NCBI GenBank assembly: GCA_964613815.1
Contig: CAZTKG010000002.1
Coordinates: 23,737-87,736 of the forward strand
From: an uncultured Gammaproteobacteria bacterium
Lineage (GTDB): Bacteria; Patescibacteriota; Patescibacteriia; UBA9934
Length of the DNA: 64,000 bases
Reading direction: 5' to 3'
Shown here: piece after piece, positions 17,252 through 27,953 of the stretch
How the letters are laid out: every line of letters starts with the position of its first letter
Position numbering within the stretch: position 1 is the stretch's first letter
Notes under the pieces: model-generated
The model's input: the letters and a program-made list of their open reading frames with translations, nothing else
What the model was told of the DNA's origin: nothing
The model's database searches: none
Program-made: the position numbers and the translations under genes

Positions 17252-18106
17252 ATGGCAAAGGTTCAAGGTGGGCTCGGAAGGGGGCTGTCGGCACTTATTC
17301 CGCAGACAATTACGGAAACTCCAGAGGCTCAAGTGATGGAGGCGATGGTTGGGGTTTTGCGGGAGGTTGCTCCTGCTTCGATTGTTCCCAATCCGCAACA
17401 GCCACGGAAGTATTTTTCTGCTGAAGAATTGCAGGAGCTTGTTGCATCTATTAAGCTGCATGGAATTTTGCAGCCTTTGGTGGTTACGGAGGTTGATGGG
17501 GGGAATTATGAATTGATTGCTGGTGAGCGGCGGCTTCGAGCGAGTCAGGCTGCGGGGCTTTCTGTTGTGCCGGTGATTGTGCGAAGCGCGAATGCACAGG
17601 AGAAGTTGGAGCTTGCGCTTGTAGAGAATGTGCAGCGACATGATTTGAATGCGATTGAAGAAGCGTATGCGTATCAGGCTTTGATGGATCAGTTTTCTAT
17701 GACGCATTCACAGATTGCGGAGCGCGTGGGGAAGAGCCGGCCGGTGATTGCGAATACGATTCGGCTTTTGGGGCTTGATGAGTATATTTTGGAGGCAATT
17801 ATGGATGGGCGGATTTCGCGTACGCATGGACGTGCGCTTTTGACAGAGAGTGATCCGGCACGACGGAAGTCGATGTTTGAGCAGATTTTGCAAGGAGGGG
17901 TGCCGACACGAGAGATTGAGATTCGGGCGAACTCTCCTCGGAAGCGGGCGACAGATCCGAATGTGGCGGCGCTTGAGGCGGAATTGAGAGAAGTGTTTGG
18001 GACAAAGGTGCAGGTGCATCATAAGATGGGGAGGGGGAAGGTGACACTTCATTTTTATACGAAGGAGGATATGCGGGGGCTTTTGACGAGATTGAAAGGG
18101 TGTTAG
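17252..18106 (+). CDS. parB: chromosome partitioning protein ParB/Spo0J
   Basis: KGGLGRGLSALIP N-terminal box, GERRLRAS ParB box, and an HTH region. Confidence 0.9.
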   Translation: MAKVQGGLGRGLSALIPQTITETPEAQVMEAMVGVLREVAPASIVPNPQQPRKYFSAEELQELVASIKLHGILQPLVVTEVDGGNYELIAGERRLRASQAAGLSVVPVIVRSANAQEKLELALVENVQRHDLNAIEEAYAYQALMDQFSMTHSQIAERVGKSRPVIANTIRLLGLDEYILEAIMDGRISRTHGRALLTESDPARRKSMFEQILQGGVPTREIEIRANSPRKRATDPNVAALEAELREVFGTKVQVHHKMGRGKVTLHFYTKEDMRGLLTRLKGC

Positions 18107-18133
18107 AAAAAAATGGGCAATTGCCCATTTTTT
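18107..18133. terminator. bidirectional terminator (A7-tgggcaa/ttgccca-T6) between parB and rel
   Basis: Perfect 7-bp stem flanked by A and T runs. Confidence 0.75.
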
Positions 18134-19613
18134 ATCTGCTCATGAATCCTAGAAGGGTTCGTTTGTTTCTTTTTAGTGATTCTTTGATTTTGGTTCTGGC
18201 GTGATGTGTTTTGACGAATTTGAGCCAGTCTTGGCTTGGACCTTTTCTGTTTCGGTCGATGACTATTTCGCACATGTCTCCGGATTTTAGGGGGGTGTCT
18301 AGGCCGGCGATTTGGCGGTTGATTTTGGCGTTTGTGGCTTTGTTGCCGATGTCGGTGTGGATGCGGTAGGCGAAATCGATGGGAGTGGATTCTTCTGGGA
18401 GGTCGAAGACGTCGCCGTTTGGGCTAAAGACGAAGATGCGTCCGTGGAACATGTCTAGTTTGAGTTCGTCTAGGCGTTCCAGGAAGTCCTCTTCTTTGAG
18501 GCCTTTTTGGATTTTGACGAGTTCATCCATCCAGATGACTTGTTTTGATCTTGCTCCGCCATCTTTGTAGCGCCAGTGAGCCGCGATACCGAATTCGGAT
18601 TCTTCGTGCATGTCTTTTGTGCGGATTTGGAATTCTAAGATGGCTCCATCTTCCGAGATGATGGAGGTGTGTAGGGATTGGTATTTATTCGGTTTGGGTT
18701 GGGAGATGTAGTCTTTGATTCTGCCGGCGAGCGGGGTGTACATGCCGTGGATGATGCCGAGAACGGCGTAACATTCGCTGATAGAGTTGACGACAACGCG
18801 CATAGCGACGATGTCGTAGACTTTGTTGATGTCGTTGTCGTGGCGCTGGAGCTTTTGGTAGAGGCTGTAGCAGTATTTGATTCTGCCATGGATGTCTACT
18901 GGGGAGATGCTGTTTGTTTTGAGTTCGTTTATGAGTTCTTTTTTGGATTTTTCGTAGGCTGGGTTAAAGCGTTTTACGCGTTGTTCGAGGAGGTGCTTCG
19001 TCCAGTTGTATTCTTTTGGTTGGAGGTATTTGAAGGCGTAATCTTCGAATAGGCCTCGGTATTCTCCCATGCCGAGCCTGTGAGCGATGGGGGCGTAGAT
19101 ATCTAGAACTTCTTTTGCGATGCGAGCGCGTTTGTGTTCTGGGAGGACGTAAAGGGTTTCAAGGTTGTGCATTCTGTCCGCGAATTTGATGAAGATGACG
19201 CGGACGTCGTTTGCCATGGCGAGGAACATTTTTCGGAGGTTTTCTACGTAGCGCTCGAGGCCTCGGTATTGGACGTTTCCGAGTTTGGTGACGCTTTCTA
19301 CCATGTTTGCGACGTCTTCGCCGAAGAGGACGACGATATCGTCAAGGTCTACGCCGGCGTCTTCTACGACGTCGTGGAGGAGACCGGCGATGATGACTTC
19401 TGTGGGGAGTTGGAGATCGGCGAGTTTGCAGGCGGTTGCAACAGGATGTTGGAAATATGGTTGGCCGGTGAGACGCATTTGGCCTTCATGGGCTTTTTGT
19501 GAGAAATCGTAAGCTTCCCGAATGAGAGCTATGTCTTTTTCGGGGTATCTTGATGGGCTCAGTTTATTGCCGAGAACATTGAAGTTTGTATTGGCATCTA
19601 TATTGGCGGCCAT
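18132..19613 (-). CDS. rel: bifunctional (p)ppGpp synthetase/hydrolase Rel (HD + synthetase + TGS; no ACT domain)
   Basis: HD motif (LHDVVEDAGV), synthetase motif (RIKDYISQPKPNKYQSLHT), and TGS (IFVFSPNGDVFDLPEESTPIDFAYRIHTDIG). Ends at 493 aa. Confidence 0.9.
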   Translation of the reverse strand: MAANIDANTNFNVLGNKLSPSRYPEKDIALIREAYDFSQKAHEGQMRLTGQPYFQHPVATACKLADLQLPTEVIIAGLLHDVVEDAGVDLDDIVVLFGEDVANMVESVTKLGNVQYRGLERYVENLRKMFLAMANDVRVIFIKFADRMHNLETLYVLPEHKRARIAKEVLDIYAPIAHRLGMGEYRGLFEDYAFKYLQPKEYNWTKHLLEQRVKRFNPAYEKSKKELINELKTNSISPVDIHGRIKYCYSLYQKLQRHDNDINKVYDIVAMRVVVNSISECYAVLGIIHGMYTPLAGRIKDYISQPKPNKYQSLHTSIISEDGAILEFQIRTKDMHEESEFGIAAHWRYKDGGARSKQVIWMDELVKIQKGLKEEDFLERLDELKLDMFHGRIFVFSPNGDVFDLPEESTPIDFAYRIHTDIGNKATNAKINRQIAGLDTPLKSGDMCEIVIDRNRKGPSQDWLKFVKTHHARTKIKESLKRNKRTLLGFMSR

Positions 19614-19687
19614 ATAGATACGATAGCGGAGATAGGCGGATTCGGCTAGATGTTGCGGGTTTTGGTGAAAAAAATAGCGCTTGTGCG

Positions 19688-21940
19688 CTATTTTTTCTTT
19701 TTGGCTCGTTTTTTCTCGAGGATTTCGAGGGCGAGTTTTCTATCGACGGTCGTTGGGTCGATTTTCTTTGGGATGGAGGCGTTTAGCTTGCCGTTTGTGA
19801 CGTATGGACCGAATCTTCCGTTTTTGACGAGAAGGGGTTCTTTGGAGTTGGGGTCTTCGCCGAGTTCGGCGATTGGTTTTGCGGCTTCTTTCTTTTGTTT
19901 GTCTGCTTCTTTGATGAGTTTGATGGCTTCTGGTTCGTTTACGGTGAATACGGTGAGTTCTTCTGGGATGGAGGCGTTGATTTTGCCGGCTTTAATGTAT
20001 GGACCGTATGGGCCTAGTTGCGCGGTGATAACAGTGCCGTCTGGCATTTTGCCGACTTCTCTTGGGAGTTCGAAGAGAGGGAGGACTTCTTCTAGGGTGC
20101 ATGTTTCGAAGTGCATGCCGTCTAGAAGGGAGACGGATTTTGGCTTGTTGATCTTTTCTTTGCGATCTTCTTCGCTCCAGTGGCCGAGTTGTGCGTATGG
20201 GCCAAAGCGACCGACACGGACGACGATAGGAAGTTTTGTGATGGGATCTTTGCCTAGTTCGCGGTCTTTTAAGACGTCTTCTCTTGAGATGTCTTTTGTT
20301 TTTTTCTCGAGATTTTTGTGGAAGGGTTTGTAGAAATCGTTGAGTGCTGGAACCCAGTCTGTTTTGCCGTGAGCGACGTGGTCCAGGGTTTGTTCCATGT
20401 TTGCGGTGAATTCGTAGTTTACGATGTTTGGAAAATGTTCTACGAGAAGGTCGCTTACAATGCAGGCGATGTCTGTTGGTTCGAGTTTTTTGTTGTCATC
20501 TCGTTCGACGTAGCCGCGGTTGATGATGGTGTGAATGGTTGGGGCATAGGTTGATGGGCGGCCGATACCGTGTTCTTCCATGACTTTGACGAGGGTTGCG
20601 TCGGAGTAGCGTGCTGGAGGTTCTGTGAAGTGCTGTTTTGCTTCGACGGTTTTGTCTTTTACTTTGTCACCTTCTTTACATTCTGGGAGGATTTTTTCTT
20701 TGGTGGATCGGTAGACTTTCATGTATCCATCAAAAACGATCGTACTGCCGTTTGCGCGGAAGGTGTAGTCTTTTGCGTTGAGGTTGATGCCGGTTCGTTC
20801 GAGTTTGGCTGGAGGCATTTGAGTTGCGACGGTTCGGCTCCAAATGAGTTTGTAGAGTTTTTTCATGCCGGCGTCGGCGGTTTTGAGATCGTCTGGCGTG
20901 ACGGTGACATCGGTTGGGCGAATGGCTTCGTGGGCTTCTTGTGCGCCCTTACTTTTGGTTGTGTAGGTTTGGATGCCTTTTGCGTAGTCTGCGCCGAATG
21001 TTGTGCTGATGTAGGCTTGTGTGTCTTTGAGGAATGAATCGGCGAGATTCATTGAGTCGGTACGCATGTAGGTGATTTTTCCGGTTTCGTAGAGTTTTTG
21101 CGCGACGGTCATGGTTCGTTTGGCGCCGAAACCGAGTTTGTTGTTTGCTTCTTGTTGAAGCAGGGAGGTGGTGAGGGGCTTTGGTGGGGATTTTTTGGCG
21201 TGTTTTTGATCTACGGATTCCACGGTAAATTCGACACCTTTAAGTGCTTTTGTGATTTTTTTTGCTTCTTCTTCTGTTTGGATTTGGAGTTTTTGGACTT
21301 TTTTCCCTTTGATTTTGGTGAGTTTTCCTGGGAATTCTTGTTTGTCTTTTTCGAAAAGGCCTTCGATGGTCCAGTATTCTTCGATGTTGAAAGCTTGCCG
21401 TTCTCGTTCACGTTCTACGATGAGACGGGTCGCGACGGACTGGACGCGGCCAGCTGATAGTCCTCTACGAACTTTTTTCCAGAGAAATGGGGAGAGTTCG
21501 TATCCGACGAGACGGTCAAGGATTCTTCGGGCTTGTTGCGCCTCGACGAGATCCATTTTGAGATGGTCTGGTTTTTCGAGGGCTTTTTCGATGGCGGATT
21601 TGGTGATTTCGTGGAAGACGATGCGTTTTGCCTTTTTTGGATCTTGCTTAAGAACATGGGCGATATGCCATGCGATTGCTTCTCCTTCGCGGTCTCCGTC
21701 CGTTGCGAGGTAAATTTCTGTGGCGTCTTTTGCGGCTTTTTTGAGGGCGGTTACTTTTGGCTTTTTATCTTCTGGGACAACGTAGGTTGGTTCGAAGCTG
21801 TGTTCGATATCTACGCCCATGTCTTTTTTGGGGAGGTCGCGGATGTGGCCAAAAGAAGAAATGACTGTGTAGCCTTTTCCGAGGATTTTTTTGATGGTCT
21901 TTGCCTTTGTGGGAGACTCTACGATGAGGAGTTTGGACAT
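19688..21940 (-). CDS. topA: DNA topoisomerase I
   Basis: Toprim N-terminus (LLIVESPTKAKTIKKILG), active-site region, and C-terminal GRFGPY repeats. Confidence 0.9.
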   Translation of the reverse strand: MSKLLIVESPTKAKTIKKILGKGYTVISSFGHIRDLPKKDMGVDIEHSFEPTYVVPEDKKPKVTALKKAAKDATEIYLATDGDREGEAIAWHIAHVLKQDPKKAKRIVFHEITKSAIEKALEKPDHLKMDLVEAQQARRILDRLVGYELSPFLWKKVRRGLSAGRVQSVATRLIVERERERQAFNIEEYWTIEGLFEKDKQEFPGKLTKIKGKKVQKLQIQTEEEAKKITKALKGVEFTVESVDQKHAKKSPPKPLTTSLLQQEANNKLGFGAKRTMTVAQKLYETGKITYMRTDSMNLADSFLKDTQAYISTTFGADYAKGIQTYTTKSKGAQEAHEAIRPTDVTVTPDDLKTADAGMKKLYKLIWSRTVATQMPPAKLERTGINLNAKDYTFRANGSTIVFDGYMKVYRSTKEKILPECKEGDKVKDKTVEAKQHFTEPPARYSDATLVKVMEEHGIGRPSTYAPTIHTIINRGYVERDDNKKLEPTDIACIVSDLLVEHFPNIVNYEFTANMEQTLDHVAHGKTDWVPALNDFYKPFHKNLEKKTKDISREDVLKDRELGKDPITKLPIVVRVGRFGPYAQLGHWSEEDRKEKINKPKSVSLLDGMHFETCTLEEVLPLFELPREVGKMPDGTVITAQLGPYGPYIKAGKINASIPEELTVFTVNEPEAIKLIKEADKQKKEAAKPIAELGEDPNSKEPLLVKNGRFGPYVTNGKLNASIPKKIDPTTVDRKLALEILEKKRAKKKK

Positions 21941-21976
21941 AATGCGGTCGATAATGCAGCAATCTGTTTATGGTTG

Positions 21977-23233
21977 TCAAATCGGGAAGCTGGAATTGGT
22001 TGTTACTATATCATGTTCGGTGATCCAATTTGATCGGAGCTCTCCTGCGAGATAGAGGGATCCTGTAATGACGATAGGTTCGTCTTTTTTTGTTGTTTTG
22101 ATGAGGGTTTTTAGGGCGAGGTGAGGATCGAGTTGTGGGGGTTTGCGGAGGCGGTGAGGGATGTGTTTGTGGAGTTCTGTAGGAGATGCGGCTTTTTTGA
22201 AGGTTGTGGTGAATCTTGTTGGGGTGATAGAGGCAGCGACGGAGGAAAGGGTTTTGATCATGTCTGAGGCGTTTTTTGTTTGAGTGCAGGCGAATAGCAC
22301 GTGAGGCTTTTTTGGCAGTGAAGCGATTTGATTGCAGGTGCTTATTATTTTTGCTGGGGAGTGGGCGCCGTCTAGGATGATGAGCGGTTTTTGACTGATG
22401 TATTCGAATCGGCAAGGGAGGGGGGTGTAGGAGGCGAGAGCTGTTGTGATTTGGTCTGTTTGGATGCCGAGAAGGGAGGTTGCCATGTGTGCGAGTGTGG
22501 CGTTTGCGGTGAGGTGGTTTGGGGCTTTTGGGGCGTAGTGAACGGTTGCGTTTTTGTGTGCAGCTATTTGGTTGAAAATGGATTTTAGGGACGGGCGGGT
22601 TTCGCCGATGACGATTTGACCCCGGGATTTGATGATGCCGGCTTTTGTGCGAGCGATGGCTGCGAGAGAGTTTCCAAGAAGGGCGGTGTGGTCTTTATCG
22701 ATGTTTGTGAGAACGGCGACGCGGGGGGTTGGGATGAGGTTTGTGGCGTCGTATTCTCCTCCGCAGCCGACTTCGAGTACGATCCAGTTTGCGCCGGCAT
22801 TGTGGAAGGTTGCGATAGCGAGGGCGGTGGAGAGCTCGAAAAATGAGAGGGGGGTGTTTCCTTTGGTGAGATAGGTTGTGTATTTGTCGTGGAGGGTTTG
22901 AATGTTTTTTGTGAGCGTCTTTGCGGGGATGAGATTTTCGTTGAATTGGAAGCGTTCTAGGTAGGTTGTGGTGTGAGGCGAGAGGTATGATCCTACCGTG
23001 TGTCCGGTTTGATGGAGGATGTGGTGAATTATGGTTGTGGTGGAGCCTTTTCCGCTTGTGCCGCCGACGTGGATGAAATTTGCTTGGAGTGCTCTTGGAG
23101 CGAGCATGCGGAGGAAGGTTTTGGTATTTGAAAGAGAGGCGGAGAGTTGTCGCGGATTGGGGTTTTGGATGGGGGTGTGGAGATTTGTGAGGGAGAGGAG
23201 GGATTGGTAGGCGGATTGGTAGTCGGTGATCAT
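21977..23233 (-). CDS. folC: folylpolyglutamate synthase / dihydrofolate synthase
   Basis: Mur-ligase P-loop (HVGGTSGKGST) and FolC-like length. Confidence 0.8.
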   Translation of the reverse strand: MITDYQSAYQSLLSLTNLHTPIQNPNPRQLSASLSNTKTFLRMLAPRALQANFIHVGGTSGKGSTTTIIHHILHQTGHTVGSYLSPHTTTYLERFQFNENLIPAKTLTKNIQTLHDKYTTYLTKGNTPLSFFELSTALAIATFHNAGANWIVLEVGCGGEYDATNLIPTPRVAVLTNIDKDHTALLGNSLAAIARTKAGIIKSRGQIVIGETRPSLKSIFNQIAAHKNATVHYAPKAPNHLTANATLAHMATSLLGIQTDQITTALASYTPLPCRFEYISQKPLIILDGAHSPAKIISTCNQIASLPKKPHVLFACTQTKNASDMIKTLSSVAASITPTRFTTTFKKAASPTELHKHIPHRLRKPPQLDPHLALKTLIKTTKKDEPIVITGSLYLAGELRSNWITEHDIVTTNSSFPI

Positions 23234-23243
23234 ACGTGTTTGT

Positions 23244-24320
23244 TTACGTAAGTATATAGTACATGCCGCCGATGTGTTTGGTGCGTCCCTTCATTTCCAT
23301 GAGGGATAGGGAGCCGGCGATTTTGGCGGGGGTGAGCGTTGTTTGGCGGATGAGTTCGTCGATGTGAACGGGGGTTTTGGAGAGGATTTCTAGGATGAGA
23401 TGTTCTTCTTTTGATGCGGGGGTGTAAATTTTGGGTTCGAGGATTTTGTCGATGCCGAGTGTTTGTAATATATCATCTGCGGATGTGGTGGGGGTGGCAC
23501 CCATTTTGAGGAGATTGTTTGTGCCGATGGAATTTTTGGAGGTAATTGGGCCTGGAATGGCGAAAACGTCTCGATTTTGGTCGAGGGCGCAGCGGGCGGT
23601 GATGAGAGTGCCGGAGGATTCTGTCGCTTCGACGACAAGAAGGCCTTTTGCGAGGCCGGAGATGATGCGGTTGCGGTATGGAAAGAAGTGTTTTAGGGAT
23701 GCGGTTTTGTAGGGGAATTCTGTGATGACGGCGCCGCCTGATTCGGTGATTTTTTTGGCGAGGTGGCGGCCTCTTGTGGTGAGGGAAGAGTGGCCGCCGG
23801 CGAGGATGGCACAGGTGATTCCGCCTGCTTTGACGGTGGCGGTATGTGCGGCTTCGTCAATGCCGTAGGCGAGGCCGGAGGTGATGATGAGGTCGGTTTT
23901 TGCGAGCGGGGGGATGAGTTCTTCCGTGACTTGTTTGCCGTATGCGGTGCATTTTCGAGATCCTACGACGCTGATGTGGATGGCGTCTGGGTCGGGGAGG
24001 GTTCCCGTGTAGTAGAGGACTGGGGGTGGGTCGTGGATCTGGCGAAGAAGGGTCGGATATTCGGGGTCGGTGATTTTGATGGTGCTAATTTGTCGTTTGT
24101 TGAGTGTTGGGAGAATTGTATCTGGATTGATGTTTTGGCGGAGGTGGATGAAGTTTGTGGTAATGGATGGAGGGATGCCGGCTTTTGTAAGTTTTTCTGC
24201 TGGAGCATAAAAGGCTTGCTGCATTGTGGGAAAATATGCAGCAAGCCTTGCAAATGCTTGGGGGCCGAATTTATGGAATTCGTTTAGTGCGAGCCAGTAT
24301 TTGTGATCAGGGTCATGCAT
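23244..24320 (-). CDS. dprA: DNA processing protein DprA (Smf)
   Basis: Rossmann-like DprA core (ISVVGSRKCTAYG, SGLAYGIDEAAH). Classic dprA-topA synteny. Confidence 0.85.
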   Translation of the reverse strand: MHDPDHKYWLALNEFHKFGPQAFARLAAYFPTMQQAFYAPAEKLTKAGIPPSITTNFIHLRQNINPDTILPTLNKRQISTIKITDPEYPTLLRQIHDPPPVLYYTGTLPDPDAIHISVVGSRKCTAYGKQVTEELIPPLAKTDLIITSGLAYGIDEAAHTATVKAGGITCAILAGGHSSLTTRGRHLAKKITESGGAVITEFPYKTASLKHFFPYRNRIISGLAKGLLVVEATESSGTLITARCALDQNRDVFAIPGPITSKNSIGTNNLLKMGATPTTSADDILQTLGIDKILEPKIYTPASKEEHLILEILSKTPVHIDELIRQTTLTPAKIAGSLSLMEMKGRTKHIGGMYYILT

Positions 24321-24873
24321 TTTGGATGGTTTCTGGTTCGATGTTGGATTCTAGAGCGGTGAGGATGTGGGACGCGGTGTTTTTGACGAGGGAGGGAAGT
24401 TCCGTTTGTTCGTTTTTTGAGAATTTTTGGAGCACGTAGGCTTCGAGAGGGGTTTTTTCTGGGGGTTCGCTGATGCCTATGCGGATGCGGATGAAGTCGT
24501 CAGTTTTGATGATGTTTAAGATGGATTTGATACCGTTGTGGCCTCCTGCAGAGCCTCTTGTTCGAATTCTTGTGGTTCCGAAGTCGAGGTTAATGTCGTC
24601 GTAGATAATCCAGGTGTCGTGTGACGGAACGTTGAAATGGTTCATGAGGTTTGTCACCGCGTCACCTGATTTGTTCATGAATGTGGTTGGTTTTGCGAGG
24701 ATGACTTTTTCTCCTTTGATGTTGATTTCTGCGACCTTTGCGTGGAGAGGTTTGTTTGTTTTGAATTTGATGTCCTGTATTTTAGCTAGTTCGTCGACGA
24801 TCATGAATCCAAGGTTATGCCTTGTTTTTGTGTATGCTCTTCCTGGATTGCCGAGGCCGACGATGAGTTTCAT
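24313..24873 (-). CDS. pth: peptidyl-tRNA hydrolase
   Basis: MKLIVGLGNPG...TRHNLGF...GGHNGIKS signature. The track ORF extends to 24945, but the ATG at 24873 matches the family N-terminus. Confidence 0.85.
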   Translation of the reverse strand: MKLIVGLGNPGRAYTKTRHNLGFMIVDELAKIQDIKFKTNKPLHAKVAEINIKGEKVILAKPTTFMNKSGDAVTNLMNHFNVPSHDTWIIYDDINLDFGTTRIRTRGSAGGHNGIKSILNIIKTDDFIRIRIGISEPPEKTPLEAYVLQKFSKNEQTELPSLVKNTASHILTALESNIEPETIQNA

Positions 24874-24951
24874 AGATGGGGATTTTTGAACGATAGAGCC
24901 GCGGCGGAGCCGGGCGATAGGGCTATGCGATGGGGTGCGTTGCACCGATAG

Positions 24952-26328
24952 TTACGTTATAGTTGTATGTTTTTTGGTTCTTGTGCGGACTTTGATGCTG
25001 ATTGGGACGCCGGCGAAGTCGAAGCGTTTTCGGAGGAGATTTTCGATGTAGCGGAGGTAGGATTCGGCGATTGCTTCTTTGCGGTATTGTTTGATGAAGA
25101 TATGGAAGGTCGGGGGGTTTACATGTGTTTGGATGAAGCGGCGCACGTTTGGTCGTGCCTGACCCTTTCCTTTGGTTGGTTTGTGTTTGGTGACGGCTTG
25201 TTTGATGAATCTTGTTGCTTCTGCGGATGAAAGTTGCCTGAAGCGATTTTGATAGACGTGATCGATGGCATCGAATAATGCGTTTACACGTTGTCCTGTG
25301 ACAGCGGTGGTGAAGACGATTGGTGCGTATTTAAGCATTGGGAAGTGATAGCGGATGTAGTCTTCGTATTCGTCGATGGTGTTTGGTTCTTTGTTTGGGA
25401 TGAGGTCCCATTTGTTTGCGACGATGATGGCGCAAGATTGTGAGTTTGCGATGCGGCCGGCGAGGTGTTTGTCTTGGTGGGTGACTTTTTTTGTTACATC
25501 GAGAACCAAAAGAGAGACGTCGGATTTTTTCATGGCACGAATGGTGCGTTCGACGCCGGATTGTTCGAGTTTTGATTTTCCTGCGTTGACGCGAGCGAGT
25601 TTGCGGACACCTGCAGTGTCGACGAGTGTGTAGTTTTGTCCGTCGATCGTTAGGCGCGTGTCGTTTGGCTCTCGCGTTGTATGTTCTTTGTCTTGGGCGA
25701 TAAAACGGTGTTCTTTGAGCGCAGCGTTTAAGAGAGATGATTTTCCGACATTTGGACGGCCAATGACGGAAACGCGAATGGAAGTGAAGTCTTTGATGTC
25801 GATGGCTGGGGTGCCGGATTCTTCTAGTTTTGTAAATACTTGATCCAGAATGTCACCTGTTCCTGTTCCTTTGATGGCGGAGATGGGTTCTGGGGTGCCG
25901 AGCGGCCATTTATTCCAGTTTTCTCCATGCATTGCTTGGCGAATGAATTCGTTGTCTGCCTTGTTCGCGGTGACGATGACGGGGGTTTTTGATTTGAGTA
26001 GTTGTTTTGCGAGTGCTCGATCTTCTGTTTGTACGCCGCTTTGTGCATCGACGACAAATAAAACAAGATCCGCGTCTTTGATGGCGGTTTGTGTTTGCTT
26101 GGCGGTTTCTTTTTCGATTTGGGAAGCGTTTTTTTCTTCAATTCCGCCTGTGTCGATGAGACGGATGAGTTTTCCGCGCCAAATACAGTCTGCTTCGAAC
26201 CTATCTCTTGTTGTTCCCGCGATTGGGGAGACGAGAGATTTTTGGGATTCGATGAGGCGGTTGAAGAGGGTAGATTTGCCCACGTTTGTTCTTCCGGCGA
26301 TGACCACGCTTGGTGGTTTTTGTTCCAT
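24952..26328 (-). CDS. der: ribosome-biogenesis GTPase Der (EngA), tandem GTPase domains + KH-like
   Basis: Two G1 motifs (GRTNVGKSTLFN and GRPNVGKSSLLN) and a DTGG motif. Confidence 0.9.
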   Translation of the reverse strand: MEQKPPSVVIAGRTNVGKSTLFNRLIESQKSLVSPIAGTTRDRFEADCIWRGKLIRLIDTGGIEEKNASQIEKETAKQTQTAIKDADLVLFVVDAQSGVQTEDRALAKQLLKSKTPVIVTANKADNEFIRQAMHGENWNKWPLGTPEPISAIKGTGTGDILDQVFTKLEESGTPAIDIKDFTSIRVSVIGRPNVGKSSLLNAALKEHRFIAQDKEHTTREPNDTRLTIDGQNYTLVDTAGVRKLARVNAGKSKLEQSGVERTIRAMKKSDVSLLVLDVTKKVTHQDKHLAGRIANSQSCAIIVANKWDLIPNKEPNTIDEYEDYIRYHFPMLKYAPIVFTTAVTGQRVNALFDAIDHVYQNRFRQLSSAEATRFIKQAVTKHKPTKGKGQARPNVRRFIQTHVNPPTFHIFIKQYRKEAIAESYLRYIENLLRKRFDFAGVPISIKVRTRTKKHTTIT

Positions 26329-26340
26329 ATTGTTGACGAT

Positions 26341-27822
26341 TTATCGCATAACGACGCGCGCGGTATCTTCGCCTAAAATGACTAAAAAGTCAATGCCTTC
26401 TGCGTCGGTGGCGAGTTCTTCGCCTAATGTGTCAACGGTGAGTTCGCGTGGAACGACTTCATCTGAGAAGATCCATCCAGATGTTGTCATGCTGACGTCT
26501 GCTTCTAAGAAGTCTTGTAGAACTGATAGTTCTGAGGCTAATTCGCCTTCTGAGAGGTCGTAAATGATTGTTTTAGTGTAGTTTTTGGAATCCGCATTGC
26601 CGATTTTGGTGACATCGAATCCTGAGCCCGCGAGGAGTTGATAGGTTTCGAAGGCGAGTCCGCTGACGCTTGTGCCGTTTTGGATTTCTATTTTGGCTCG
26701 GTTTTCAACGTTTTCTGTTTGGTACGCAAGAGATGTTTCTGTTTCTGGATCGGCGATGTATTCGGCGAGGCGATGAACGTCTGACCAATCGTCGTTTTTG
26801 GGAAGAAGCACGTATGCACCATTGATGGAGGTTGAATAAAGTGGACTTGTGTTTGATGAGTCTAGGACGACATGATTGATTGTGGTTGGGTCGATGTCTG
26901 GTGCATATTTGGCGAGTTTTATAATTTCCCAGAATGTCATGTTTGTTTGAACGTATGCTTGCAGGGTGCTAATAACGTTGTCTAGTTTTGCTGGGTTTAA
27001 GAATACGGAAGGGGAGAGGACTTCGTCTTTGATGGCAAGGATGATTTTTTGTTGGCGTTCTGCGCGGGCGAAGTCTGAGCCTTCGCCGTTTGTTCCATGT
27101 CTTGAGCGTGCGAATTGAAGCGCGACCTCTCCGTTCATATGTTGCCATCCTTCTTCAAATTCGATTGTTTGTATAAGGTCGTCTTCTGTTGGGTATTGAT
27201 TGTCGGTAAAACTGCGGTCCACGTAAACATTGATTCCACCGATGGCGTCTATGAGGTCTTCAAAGCCGTTGAAATCGATTTTGACGGTATGATCGATGTG
27301 TTGGCTTAGTGTCTCGCCGATGACTTCGGCTGCGAATTCAGGTCCTCCGCCTGACGTTTCTTGTTCACCGTAGGCGTTGGCGTGATTTACTTTGCGATAT
27401 CCGTAGCCTGGGATTGCGACTGCGAGGTCTCGCGGAATTGAAAGCATGCCGACGTTGTTTGTTTCGAGGTCAAGGCTAGAGAAGATGATCGTATCTGATA
27501 GTTCTGGCCCAGCGTGTCCTGTTCCGCCTACGCCAAGGAGAAGTACGTTGATGCGGCCGTCGCTTTCGGCGGAGGATTCTTTGTCGCCGGAGAGTACGAG
27601 GCGCTTGAATGAATTGAATAGAGAAGGTTGGTCGTCTTCAACGTAGTATTCTGTTCTGTCTTTTTGGAGGTTAAATGAAAAAACTGTTCCTGCAACGCTT
27701 AGCATGGCGATACTTAGGCAGGCCACTTTGAGGAATTTGAAGTGATGTTTTTTTTGTTTTTTGGGTTCTGGGGCTTGGTATTTCTCTCGTAGGAAGTCGA
27801 TGGATGGTTCTTGCATATTCAA
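26341..27822 (-). CDS. LytR-CpsA-Psr (LCP) family cell-envelope-associated protein
   Basis: N-terminal TM, then NVLLLGVGG...SDTIIFSSLD...SIPRD, the characteristic LCP core. Confidence 0.8.
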   Translation of the reverse strand: MNMQEPSIDFLREKYQAPEPKKQKKHHFKFLKVACLSIAMLSVAGTVFSFNLQKDRTEYYVEDDQPSLFNSFKRLVLSGDKESSAESDGRINVLLLGVGGTGHAGPELSDTIIFSSLDLETNNVGMLSIPRDLAVAIPGYGYRKVNHANAYGEQETSGGGPEFAAEVIGETLSQHIDHTVKIDFNGFEDLIDAIGGINVYVDRSFTDNQYPTEDDLIQTIEFEEGWQHMNGEVALQFARSRHGTNGEGSDFARAERQQKIILAIKDEVLSPSVFLNPAKLDNVISTLQAYVQTNMTFWEIIKLAKYAPDIDPTTINHVVLDSSNTSPLYSTSINGAYVLLPKNDDWSDVHRLAEYIADPETETSLAYQTENVENRAKIEIQNGTSVSGLAFETYQLLAGSGFDVTKIGNADSKNYTKTIIYDLSEGELASELSVLQDFLEADVSMTTSGWIFSDEVVPRELTVDTLGEELATDAEGIDFLVILGEDTARVVMR

Positions 27823-27953
27823 AATAGAATTCTTGCTGAATTCTTTGTTTCATTTCCAAATATATCAAATATTGGTTGCTCTGCAAAGTTGTTTATCCTC
27901 TTGTATTTTTGCCTTTTTTTGTGGTATTGTGGTGTTTACTTAGCTGTTTGGAC

